Positions 21,896 to 31,347 of a DNA stretch of 64,000 bases are shown one piece after another. The notes beneath the pieces were generated by a model. That model was given only the letters and a program-made list of their open reading frames with translations. It was not told where the DNA came from and did not search any database. The stretch is from Thecamonas trahens ATCC 50062. Taxonomy: Eukaryota; Protista; Apusomonadida. Within the stretch, counting starts at the first letter, position 1. Each line of letters starts with the position of its first letter. Made by a program: the position numbers and the translations under genes. The stretch lies in assembly GCF_000142905.1 (NCBI RefSeq), contig NW_013657656.1:389308-453307 (forward strand), read 5' to 3'.

Positions 21896-24800
21896 TCACT
21901 CGCTCCCGGCAAACAGGCGCCAAACCCGATGAGGCACGGCGCGTGCGGCACGGGAGCTCAGCGAGTGAACCAGGATGAGAGCCATGCTCCCGACGTAGAT
22001 GGCACACATAGTGCCGTTGATCACCACCAGACCCCAAGCCACCGCTTGGGCGTCCCACGCTGAGCTGCTGGCATTGGCAGCCTCGTTGGCGAGCACGATG
22101 CCGCCAACGTACGAGAAGAGCGTCAGCGAGATGCTTGCCTGCTCAAGCGCGTTGTTGGCGCTGGTGGTGAACGGCCGCACTGCACCTTGCAGCCAGGAGG
22201 CAGAGCCCAAGACAGCCACCACGCTCAGCGGAAGAAATGGCGAGCCAGCGTGGACGAGCGAGACCAGCGCAGCAAGTGCAAGCCGCCGCCCAAGGATCGC
22301 AACGTCAAAGTACCACGCCCGCGCCCGGAACGTCTCGTACACAAAGCCGAAGCGCACCTCAAACTGCTCCACCGCGGCGTGTCCCACAGTCTCGGGCGTC
22401 ACGATGGCTGCGCGGTGCCGCCATAGATACGCCACCAGGCACGTCATGGCGACACCGTACACCACTAGCCACCCGAGAGACATGAACATCCACCCATCCC
22501 AAACACACTCGACCCAAGGCTCGGTCGCTGAGAACCGTTTGGTCGAGCCCGGCACAGGATCCGGAAGGCAGGTAAACCGCTCGAGCGAGACCGTTGTCAG
22601 TTCCATAAACACCACGTAAAAGACAAATACAACCGCAGAGAGAACTCGATCCCAGGTCTGGCTGGCCACGGCCGTGACGGTGTCCTTGTCGCGGCTGGTC
22701 AGCCAGGCTACCGCGATGCGGCACACTCCAAGCACGCTGAGCACAAGTGCAAAGCCGAGCGGAAGCGAGACGACAACCAGGTACTTGCCGTTGTACTCAA
22801 ACGCCGACGAAAAGCACTCCAGGCCCTCCGCCCGGATCCCGACCGTCGAGAGCTGCCGCCGGAGCGCCACAAGCGTCGCCGGCCACGCAAAGGTCGAGCC
22901 GAGCAAAAGCTCGGTGGTCTGGATAAAGACAAGGAACGACTTGAAGAGCCCCGCGAGGCTCGCCAGCCCGTCCTCAGTCCCGAGCATCGGCCGAGCGACT
23001 GCTTCTCCGGCCGCCTTGCGGAGCTCCTGATACTTGGCCGACGCGAGGTAAAGCGTGACAAAGAGGAGCGCAAGCAGGACCAAGAATACGTCCTCCATCG
23101 ACGAGGCGTCGATGGTGAAGAGCACCACGAAGAGGAGGACCTCGCTGAGCGAGAGCGCCAGGTACGGCCACATCAGCCCGAGCATCGTTCGCCAGGTGAC
23201 TGGCCACGCCACGCTACCATGCCGCTCGGCTGCGCCCATCAGAGGGCTGGCAGCATCGATGCTGTTGACGCTGCTGTGAAGCCCATCCTCGGCGCGAGAG
23301 CCGCTTTGCGGGTCGACGCTCTGAGCGGATCGCCCGCAGACAACGACAATCATGACAGCGAGGACGAGGACAGCGACAGCCACAAAGAGCGTAGTAAACG
23401 CCTTGTTGCACTCGATGCACTCACCGGCGGTGTTGGCATACCAACCGTCGTCGCACCGGGTACAGAGTCGGTCGCGGTAGCCGGACGCGCAGAGGGCATC
23501 AGCGGAGCACTCGACTGTGCCCGTGGTGCGATAAATGTGGCAGACCGCTTCCCCGTCGACATTGCAGTGGGCTGTCCCGTACTCGACGTTCTCACACGGT
23601 AGCACGTAGAGCTGCTGGCCGGACTCGGTGACCGTGGGCCAGTGGCCGCGGGCAATCCGAACCTGGGTCGCCGTCAGCTCCTCGATGCAGGTGTCGGAGC
23701 CGCCGGGCGAGAGGAGGCAGATGTCGTTGGTCGATCGGCACGGCGGATTGCCATTGACAAGGCCGAAGTAGCCGCGAGCACACAAGCAGAGCGCATAGTC
23801 GTAAAACGCGGGTGAAATAGAGATGTGGGCCGACGGCTCATGGGTAGCGGTCAGGTCTGGGCAGCGATACGGGGCCGGCGAGACCTCTTTGCCCCCAGGA
23901 AAGTACTCGGTTGTCTCGGCGGTGGAGATAAAGTTGGGAAGCGGCGGGAGAAGGCGATTCGTGTACGCCAGTCGCGAGTACACTTGAGTTCCCGAGAGGT
24001 CGAGGTATCCGAGTGGACCGCCGAGCGCCGGTGCAAACGAGCGAGGAAGCGTGCTCCGGATCGCTCTGTTGCCCGCGAGCGAGAGGAACATCATGTTGTT
24101 GGGAATGATGAACGAGGGCAGCTCACCGGTCAGCGCGTTGTTCTCCAGGCTCAAGTACATAAGCTGCGGGGCATACTCAAAGATGGGCCCGTCGACAAAG
24201 GCGCCGGTCACGTTGCATTGATCCATCTTGAGCAGGCCAAGCTTGATGTACGTTGTTGGCGTTCCAAACCGGCTTGTTCCGCGCGAGAGAAACGTGATGC
24301 CGCTCATGTCGGCGAGAATCTCAACCCACGGCTGGCCGCCAAAGTCGTTGAATGAGACATCGAGGCCAGTCAGTGCTGGGAGCTTGTGGTAGAGATCGAG
24401 GCGCGCGTGCGAAAAGGCGTTGCCGCGAAACGAGGCAAACTGGAGCGTCGTCGAGCTTGGGTACTCGCCAGAGAGGGCGTTGGACGAGACGTCGAGCGAA
24501 ATGAGCGAGATCGCGTTGGTGACGTCAGGGACAGCACCCGAGAACCGGTTGGCGCGAGTCCAGAAGACCTGAAGCTTGGGCAGATCGAGCGCAGGTGGGA
24601 GGCTGCCCGAGAGCCTGTTGTTCGCAACAATGAGTGTGACGAGCGAATCTGCGATGTGATCAAGCTGCGGAAGGCTGCCCGAGAGCTGGTTGTCGCGCAG
24701 ATCTAGGAACGCGAGCTGGGTGTGGCCGACGGGCGGGATGGTGCCTGTGAACCCGTTTTCGGCGAGTGAGATAGTGTTGAGGAGCGGCGGAAAGTCTGGA

Positions 24801-25960
24801 ATGGCGCCGGTAAGCCCGCATGAGGTCACGGCAATGTTAGCCAGATTGGCCGGGAGCGCCGGAAGCGTGCCTGTGAGCTCGTTATTGGAGAGCAAGACGA
24901 ATGAGAGTTTCGAGTCTGGGGCAAACGGCGGGATAGTGCCTGTGAGCGAGTTGTTGGAGGCGAGAAAGAGTGACATCGACGGATGTACAAAGAGGTTGGC
25001 GGGCAGGGTACCCGTGAGAAAGTTGTTCTGCAGCGCCACCATGTACAGCTTGCTATTCGCGCCAAAGTCAGGCAGGGTGCCTGTCAGATTGTTGGCGTCG
25101 AGCGTAAGCGTCTCCAGCCGCGGGAGCTGACTAAGGTCCGGGATGGTACCCGAGATGTCGTTGTACGACATGGAAAAGTACTTGAGATACGGCAGCGCAC
25201 CGAGCGGCGGGATGCTTCCGCGGACTGTCGAGTACGAGACGTCAAAGTCGACGATGAACTGCAGACTGCCGATGGCGGGCAGCTCCGAGTCCCACGGGTT
25301 GAGCTGGCCATCAAAAGTGTTGAGAAAGGCAAACTCGTCGATGCCGTCGAGCGAGACCAACGAGTTGTTAGCAACAAGAAGAAATGCCATGTACGGCAGA
25401 TCAGCAGCCATGGACTGCCAGTCCACCTTGCCAGCCATAGTGTTGTTGAAGAGGCGGAGGCCGACGACATGCCACAGCTGATCATCAAGGACAGTGCATG
25501 CCACGCCGAACCATGACCCATCACAAGGATCCTGACTCTCACCCCAGCCGGTTGCGTTCAACCAGCGGCCTTGATGGCCGCCAGTTTCCTCAAAGAACGC
25601 CATCAGTCCCCTGAGCTCATTCTCAGCCGCTGAATCTCGAGTGACGCGGATGTGATGAAGCGGTGGCGATTGATCGGGACGACTCTTGCCGCGTGCAGCC
25701 TCCAGTGCGTTATCTCCATACCAATCGCTAGCACTGCCATCATCTAGTGTGACACCAGCATGGTCATCACCAGTTCCCTTGATCACACCTCGCACGTGCC
25801 TTCTGCCAGCTCTTCTTGCCCACGCCACATCGACAGCTTCTGCCGCCAACCCAACCTCGTCCAACCTGGTCTCCGTACCACTCACCACGACCAGTGAGGT
25901 GGCCACCACTACCAGTAACATGATGGATGCCACCACCATAACCAGCTCGACTCGGCCCAT
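21896..25960 (-). CDS. Cell-surface LRR receptor-like protein with Cys-rich stalk and ~11-TM C-terminal module
   Basis: Signal peptide. LRR N-cap W..SQDPCDGSWFGVAC. Many plant-type LxxNxLxGxLP repeats. CASGYRDRLCTRC stalk, then about 11 hydrophobic helices with FGFVYETFR..WYF and PF...NNALE motifs. Confidence 0.9.
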   Translation of the reverse strand: MGRVELVMVVASIMLLVVVATSLVVVSGTETRLDEVGLAAEAVDVAWARRAGRRHVRGVIKGTGDDHAGVTLDDGSASDWYGDNALEAARGKSRPDQSPPLHHIRVTRDSAAENELRGLMAFFEETGGHQGRWLNATGWGESQDPCDGSWFGVACTVLDDQLWHVVGLRLFNNTMAGKVDWQSMAADLPYMAFLLVANNSLVSLDGIDEFAFLNTFDGQLNPWDSELPAIGSLQFIVDFDVSYSTVRGSIPPLGALPYLKYFSMSYNDISGTIPDLSQLPRLETLTLDANNLTGTLPDFGANSKLYMVALQNNFLTGTLPANLFVHPSMSLFLASNNSLTGTIPPFAPDSKLSFVLLSNNELTGTLPALPANLANIAVTSCGLTGAIPDFPPLLNTISLAENGFTGTIPPVGHTQLAFLDLRDNQLSGSLPQLDHIADSLVTLIVANNRLSGSLPPALDLPKLQVFWTRANRFSGAVPDVTNAISLISLDVSSNALSGEYPSSTTLQFASFRGNAFSHARLDLYHKLPALTGLDVSFNDFGGQPWVEILADMSGITFLSRGTSRFGTPTTYIKLGLLKMDQCNVTGAFVDGPIFEYAPQLMYLSLENNALTGELPSFIIPNNMMFLSLAGNRAIRSTLPRSFAPALGGPLGYLDLSGTQVYSRLAYTNRLLPPLPNFISTAETTEYFPGGKEVSPAPYRCPDLTATHEPSAHISISPAFYDYALCLCARGYFGLVNGNPPCRSTNDICLLSPGGSDTCIEELTATQVRIARGHWPTVTESGQQLYVLPCENVEYGTAHCNVDGEAVCHIYRTTGTVECSADALCASGYRDRLCTRCDDGWYANTAGECIECNKAFTTLFVAVAVLVLAVMIVVVCGRSAQSVDPQSGSRAEDGLHSSVNSIDAASPLMGAAERHGSVAWPVTWRTMLGLMWPYLALSLSEVLLFVVLFTIDASSMEDVFLVLLALLFVTLYLASAKYQELRKAAGEAVARPMLGTEDGLASLAGLFKSFLVFIQTTELLLGSTFAWPATLVALRRQLSTVGIRAEGLECFSSAFEYNGKYLVVVSLPLGFALVLSVLGVCRIAVAWLTSRDKDTVTAVASQTWDRVLSAVVFVFYVVFMELTTVSLERFTCLPDPVPGSTKRFSATEPWVECVWDGWMFMSLGWLVVYGVAMTCLVAYLWRHRAAIVTPETVGHAAVEQFEVRFGFVYETFRARAWYFDVAILGRRLALAALVSLVHAGSPFLPLSVVAVLGSASWLQGAVRPFTTSANNALEQASISLTLFSYVGGIVLANEAANASSSAWDAQAVAWGLVVINGTMCAIYVGSMALILVHSLSSRAARAVPHRVWRLFAGSE

Positions 25961-26026
25961 AGGTTGGGATGATGTGGTGGAGAGAAGTGCTGGCGGTGGC
26001 GGTGGTAGTGGCGGTGACCGGTCGCG

Positions 26027-26362
26027 TGTGTGAGTTGGGCGTGCGTGACAGTCGGCCGAGCGCCGGGATGTGATGGCGAGGGGCGCACAAGCTTGGGCGC
26101 GCGGGAGTGCTGTCGGGCAGGTGCTAGATCAGGCCAGATCAAGCTGTTCTTGCGAGGGTGTGGGGGGTGATGCGTAAGATCATATCTCGATATGTGTGAG
26201 TTGGGCGTGCGTGACAGTCGGCCGAGCGCCGGGATGTGATGGCGAGGGGCGCACAAGCTTGGGCGCGCGGGAGTGCTGTCGGGCAGGTGCCAGATCAGGC
26301 CAGATCAAGCTGTTCTTGCGAGGGTGTGGGGGATGATGCTTAAGATCGTATCTCGATATGTG
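26027..26362. repeat. 166-bp tandem duplication (2 copies, few mismatches)
   Basis: TGTGTGAGTTGGGCGTGCGTGACAG... starts at both 26027 and 26193. Confidence 0.95.
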
Positions 26363-26670
26363 CGACTCTTGCCTAGATCAGACGCGGCGGGCGTTGCCAT
26401 GGACATCCGATGGCGGACTCGCGAGTGTGCGCTGGACCAATGCGCGTGACTGATGTCGCCGCCAGTGCTGGGCCCTGTCCATCTAACGGTGACGCTAGAC
26501 TGAACACAGAGTGATCGAGTGCCTCACGATGAGTACACGTGCCAAATTGCGTGGAGTGATGTGGTCAATCCGTGATGTAGATCCGATCGACGCGCTGCTG
26601 AGCCTTCCTTCCATTGTGCTCGGCTCGAATCAGTTCTCTGGCGTCACCCACTGCTCTCCCCGCCTCACCT

Positions 26671-27828
26671 ATGGCGGCTTCCAACTCATGGACTGCCGCA
26701 CATGCGACGAAAAGGACGTACGAGCTCGAGGTAGCTCCCGATGGCCGACAAGGAGCCGGATTGGCGACCGACCCGGCGACCGAGCGGTTGTTTGTCTTTG
26801 GCGGTCGATGCTCGCGCCGTCCTGGCGTCGACGACTGTCGCCGACGCCTGACAAACGATCTCTGGGTCCGGAGCAGATCTGGCGATTGGACGCAGCTTTG
26901 GGAAGGAGATGATGTGTGTGCAGGAGATGTGTCCAAAGACATGGATACGGCGTCGCTTGGTCGAGGCGATGGACCTGTTGTTCGTCACAATCATGCGCTT
27001 GTCTTTGTAGCCGCTGGTCATGACGTGCCGGGCGTCGACAATGGTGACATTCTCCTTGTCATCGGAGGCTCGACGCATTGGGCATACTTGGGCGATGTCT
27101 GGGTCTTTGACTTGAAGACGGGATCGTGGACGCAGATGATTCCAGGCGGTCCAGGCCCTGTAGCCCGGCACGGCCACGTCGCTGCGCTCGTCGGCTCGAC
27201 GGTGGTGGTGTTTGGTGGCCACTCAGGCATGCAGTCACGCCCATCCACCCTCACTTACTACAACGATGTCTTTTCCTTGGATCTGACGTCCTGGAACTGG
27301 ACGCGCTGTGCGACCACGCTCAGCACGCCGCGCTCCTGGATGGGCGTCGCGGTCGTCGGCGCGCTTGTTGTCGTCGCGGGCGGGTACACCTTTGACGTCA
27401 CTGCGCGTGACGAAGTCTACTTTGACGTCATCGAAGCCTATGATGTGGCCAACGATGTCTTTCTCTCCCTTCCTCCCGATGTTACACTTGCCTCTCCCCG
27501 CAATCGCGTGTGCATGGCATCGTGCGCCTCGACGATCGTCATCTTTGGCGGCAACGCGCTTCTTGCCGACCGCGGCGATGTTTTCTTCTCGGACATCGCT
27601 GTTCTCGACGCTTCGTCAACATGCGTGTCGAACTGGACGCTCTCTGTTGCCAGTCCTCCGACTCCACCGCTCAAAGGTCGCGGCCACGGGTTGATGCTCA
27701 TTGCACCCGCCGCATCCACCTCGTCGGGCGCGATGGCGCCCCTCCATGTCACTGTTTGGGGTGGAGAGCGTGCAGGCGCCCGTCTCTTCGACACGCTCGA
27801 TCTCGTCCTCTCACCGCACCCGATCTAG
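26671..27828 (+). CDS. Kelch-repeat beta-propeller protein
   Basis: Repeated LFVFGG, LLVIGG, VVVFGG, VVAGG, IVIFGG and VTVWGG with R..H and W motifs. First ATG at 26671. Confidence 0.9.
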   Translation: MAASNSWTAAHATKRTYELEVAPDGRQGAGLATDPATERLFVFGGRCSRRPGVDDCRRRLTNDLWVRSRSGDWTQLWEGDDVCAGDVSKDMDTASLGRGDGPVVRHNHALVFVAAGHDVPGVDNGDILLVIGGSTHWAYLGDVWVFDLKTGSWTQMIPGGPGPVARHGHVAALVGSTVVVFGGHSGMQSRPSTLTYYNDVFSLDLTSWNWTRCATTLSTPRSWMGVAVVGALVVVAGGYTFDVTARDEVYFDVIEAYDVANDVFLSLPPDVTLASPRNRVCMASCASTIVIFGGNALLADRGDVFFSDIAVLDASSTCVSNWTLSVASPPTPPLKGRGHGLMLIAPAASTSSGAMAPLHVTVWGGERAGARLFDTLDLVLSPHPI

Positions 27829-28008
27829 CAGAGTCAGCCGTGGCAGGCGCCGCCCGCGGCTACTTTGCTGAAGCGATGACGGTCGTAGAAACCCGTAGCG
27901 TACCGATCGAATATACATACGCTGCAATCTAGCGCCCTGCCTACATGTGTGTGTGTGTGTGTGTGGCTATCTCTGAAGCTGTTTCAGGCGTGCGGTAGAG
28001 GCTGTGCA

Positions 28009-28629
28009 ATGATGTGCAATGAGAGCAGGCGACGGTTTCGGCCGACCTGTCAGGTGACAGGCGAACTCGAGCACAACGACGAGGTGATGGCAGCGCATGC
28101 AACGGGGCATGTTCCGGAAGGAAGCAGCAAAGAGACGGCAACCCGACTGGCAAGCGAGCTGGGTGAGGTCATGTCGGAGAGGGCCGCCGCCGAGGGAGTG
28201 ACAGTTCAAGTCGTCGATGACAACCTCCGACATTGGCATGTTCGACTTGCGGACTTTGACTTGGAATCACAGCTGGCGCAAGATCTGTTTCTCTACGATT
28301 CGGCCCGACCCGGAAGGGATCATGTACTGCTTGAGGTCATCTTTCCGCATCGGTATCCAGGACGTCCACCCTTTGTTCGTGTTGTCTATCCGCGCTTTCA
28401 TCAGTGGACCGGCCACATCACGTCGGGAGGATCAGTATGCGTTGAAGAGCTCACGCTCTCGGGCTGGACCTCCGACTTTATGCTCTTGCCCTTTCTGATC
28501 ATGATTCGGAACGTGCTGCTGGAAGGCGGAGCGCTCATTGACATGGATCGCGCCGGCGACGACTACACGCAGGCCGAGGCCGAGGAGGCCTTTATCCGGG
28601 TTGCCAAGGCACACGGGTGGATCACATGA
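28009..28629 (+). CDS. Ubiquitin-conjugating enzyme E2, UBE2Q family
   Basis: FPHRYPGRPPFVRVVYPRF and GHITSGGSVCVEELT (active Cys). Ends AFIRVAKAHGW. Start uncertain. Confidence 0.88.
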   Translation: MMCNESRRRFRPTCQVTGELEHNDEVMAAHATGHVPEGSSKETATRLASELGEVMSERAAAEGVTVQVVDDNLRHWHVRLADFDLESQLAQDLFLYDSARPGRDHVLLEVIFPHRYPGRPPFVRVVYPRFHQWTGHITSGGSVCVEELTLSGWTSDFMLLPFLIMIRNVLLEGGALIDMDRAGDDYTQAEAEEAFIRVAKAHGWIT

Positions 28630-29044
28630 ACGGTTCTCCCTACCCTACCCTCCCGGCTCCATTACGCGCCACTAGGCTGCCGCCCATCGCCCATCGTCCG
28701 CCGCCTGCAGCTCCATCCACCCATCGCCCATCGTCTGCCGCCTTTCCTCCCCCTGCGCTCAGCCGCCCGATCACCAGCGTCCTCCCTCGCCCTCGCCATC
28801 GCACTCGCCCTCGCCACCTCCTCCCCAACCTCGCCCTCGCCACCTCCTCCCCAACCCCCCCCACTAAACAAACCCCCATCTCCTCAGCCATCTCAATCAC
28901 ACGTCGCGCTCCCCCACTGCGAACTCTCCGCCGGCTGGCCAACCGCTCAGCCGCCCGCTCCCCCCCCCCCCCCCTCACCCCTCCCCGACGACGACGACAA
29001 CTGCCGACGACCACGCCACGCCACTCCACGTCGACAGCGACTAT

Positions 29045-30853
29045 ATGGGGTCCAACCTCTCCCGTCGGCTGGCAGCTGGTGAAGAGAGTGGCTCTATTGA
29101 CCTTCGTGGACTCTCGCTCTCTACCATACCTGGCAAGGTATGGTCGTTGACCCATGTCGTCCGCTTGCATCTTGGGTGGAACTCGCTCAAGACACTGCCT
29201 CATGCACTTGGTGATCTTCCATCACTCGCTGTTCTCTATCTCAATCATAACTCGTTCTCCATATTTCCTCGTGCTCTCCTCAAGTGTACTCGCTTGCGTC
29301 GGCTCTATCTCAACTCGAACGCTCTCTCATCGCTTCCTGATGAACTGGGTGATCTCGTCTACCTCAAAGTCCTCGCCGTCTCGGACAACTACCTCACAAC
29401 TCTGCCTCCTTCGGTCTGCAAGCTCAAGCTTCATGAGCTCTACTTGTCGCAAAACAAGTTTGAGTTGCTTCCCGAAGCGCTCGGCGCTCTCACAGACTTG
29501 CGCACCCTCGCCGTCGCTGGTAACAACCTCAAGGCGCTGCCCTTTGCCGCTCTCCTTCGCCTGCATGATCTCAAGGCCATGCCGCGCGACGGCAATGTCG
29601 ACCTCGGTGAGCTGGCCTCCATGCCGCTGCGCGAGCTCATGGTCTTTATGCGCAAGTCCGTCACCTCGCACCACCGCCACATGCACGACTCGTCGTCGTC
29701 GATGTGGCGGACCCGCTCGTTTACCGAGGCCGACCTCGCCCATCTCGGCTCCGAATCGGAGACTGACTCGGGCGACGACAACATGGATCCGGTCGTGGTC
29801 AAGCGCCGGCGCAAGGCCAAGGAGGTTGTCGGCGCCAAGGGCTCGGTCGAGGGTCTCAAGAAGCGGACTCTGGCCGAGATCATGGAGGCCGCCAACCAGC
29901 TGCCGGGCGTCGAGTCTTCGCTGCACCCGCTGCTGCCGCTGCCCGAGCCAGCCACCGCTGCTGCCGATGAGCTTGCCTCCGCCGAGCCGGCCCATCCGGC
30001 GTCGGCGCTCGCGGCTCGCCCGCGGCAGAAGCGGCTCTCGACCGCGTCGGTGGCGTCGTCGCGCGCCTCGACCGCCACCGGCTCAATGCCGCCGGCCATC
30101 GCCCGTGTCGCCCGTGGCCGCTCGGCCTCCATCTCTTGTGCATCGACTGCAAGCCCGCTGTTGGGCTCGGCAGGCGGGACAGAGGTGGGCGGTGACGAGT
30201 CTGCCGGCGCGCTCTCGCAAAAGGGTTCCTTCTACCGCAAGTCGTCCAAGCTGATGAACACCGAGGACGTTGTCCGCACCATGCGGGTTCTCCTCGACGA
30301 GTCCATGGTTCACAACACCGAGCTGATGGAGAAGCTCGGCAAGGTCGAGTCTCTCCGCGGCGAGGAGCGCTCGCAGTTCAAGGACACCCGCCACACCCTT
30401 CGCACCCGCATCGCCGCCGGCGAGGAGCGTGTCGCCAACTTACTCAAGGCCATCAACTCGCTCCGCGGCTCGGGCAAGGTCCCGCAGCCAACGCCCACCC
30501 ACTATTCTGAGCCCGACGGCTATTCGGCCTCGCTCCCCCGCAACGACTCGCTCTCGGCCGCCCATCACCCGGACGACGACCCCATGCTCAACTCGCGCCT
30601 CGTCACCCCAGCGTCGGGCCTCTACTCGCGATCGTCGCTCCAGTGGGCGCCGCCGACATCTCCCAACCGCCGCCACACATCAACCCGCATCCCGGCCCCA
30701 AGTTCGCGTCTGCGGACCAGCCTGCGGACCGGCCCTCGCACTGGCCCTCGCCCAACCTCGGCCTCGGCCTCTCTCTCCAGCCACTCTCGTCCCCGCTCTT
30801 CTGCCCGCGCTCGTCGTCGCCATCCGCCACGCCGTCGCCAGCCGCCGACATGA
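29045..30853 (+). CDS. Intracellular LRR protein with N-myristoylation motif and coiled coil
   Basis: Starts MGSNLS, then about 7 LxxLxLxxNxLxxLP repeats, a Ser-rich linker and a heptad region. A possible -1 shift near 30804-30806 would extend it to 30936. Confidence 0.85.
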   Translation: MGSNLSRRLAAGEESGSIDLRGLSLSTIPGKVWSLTHVVRLHLGWNSLKTLPHALGDLPSLAVLYLNHNSFSIFPRALLKCTRLRRLYLNSNALSSLPDELGDLVYLKVLAVSDNYLTTLPPSVCKLKLHELYLSQNKFELLPEALGALTDLRTLAVAGNNLKALPFAALLRLHDLKAMPRDGNVDLGELASMPLRELMVFMRKSVTSHHRHMHDSSSSMWRTRSFTEADLAHLGSESETDSGDDNMDPVVVKRRRKAKEVVGAKGSVEGLKKRTLAEIMEAANQLPGVESSLHPLLPLPEPATAAADELASAEPAHPASALAARPRQKRLSTASVASSRASTATGSMPPAIARVARGRSASISCASTASPLLGSAGGTEVGGDESAGALSQKGSFYRKSSKLMNTEDVVRTMRVLLDESMVHNTELMEKLGKVESLRGEERSQFKDTRHTLRTRIAAGEERVANLLKAINSLRGSGKVPQPTPTHYSEPDGYSASLPRNDSLSAAHHPDDDPMLNSRLVTPASGLYSRSSLQWAPPTSPNRRHTSTRIPAPSSRLRTSLRTGPRTGPRPTSASASLSSHSRPRSSARARRRHPPRRRQPPT

Positions 30854-31304
30854 ACTCCTCCCTCTCTGCCTGCCTGCACACCTTGATCGGCCTCATCCAA
30901 GCGCCAATCAGCCTCTCCCGCCCCGCTGCCGTGTGACAGCCGACCACCAAACCTGCCGCCCCACCGCCCCCCCCTTCCCCCCCTCCTCCACGCCTGCGCC
31001 CACCACATCCCTTACAACCTATACCCGTCTCCAACCCCACTGGCTGTACGCTTCCCTTTCCCCTCCCCCCCCCTTCCCCTTCCCATGCACCCATTGCAAG
31101 CTACCTACCTCGCCAACCTCTACCTCGCCACCCCCATATACACTTACTACCTTTTCTTGCCCCTCTACGTTCGCCTACTCCCCCCTTCCCCCCCTTCCGT
31201 CCCCCCTTGGCAATGCTTCTGTCGTGGTGTTCGATGGGCTGGTCCTGTGACACGGTCTGTTCTGATCAACGTGGCTTTGATCAAACACCGGCGCCCGCCT
31301 ACCC

Positions 31305-31320
31305 GCCCCCCCCCCCCCCC
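31305..31320 (+). promoter_or_regulatory. Poly(dC) tract upstream of a start codon (representative of many in the window)
   Basis: Long C run about 30 bp before the USP ATG. Similar tracts precede most genes. The regulatory role is inferred. Confidence 0.35.
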
Positions 31321-31347
31321 GCCTCCCCCCATCACGACATGTGACAG

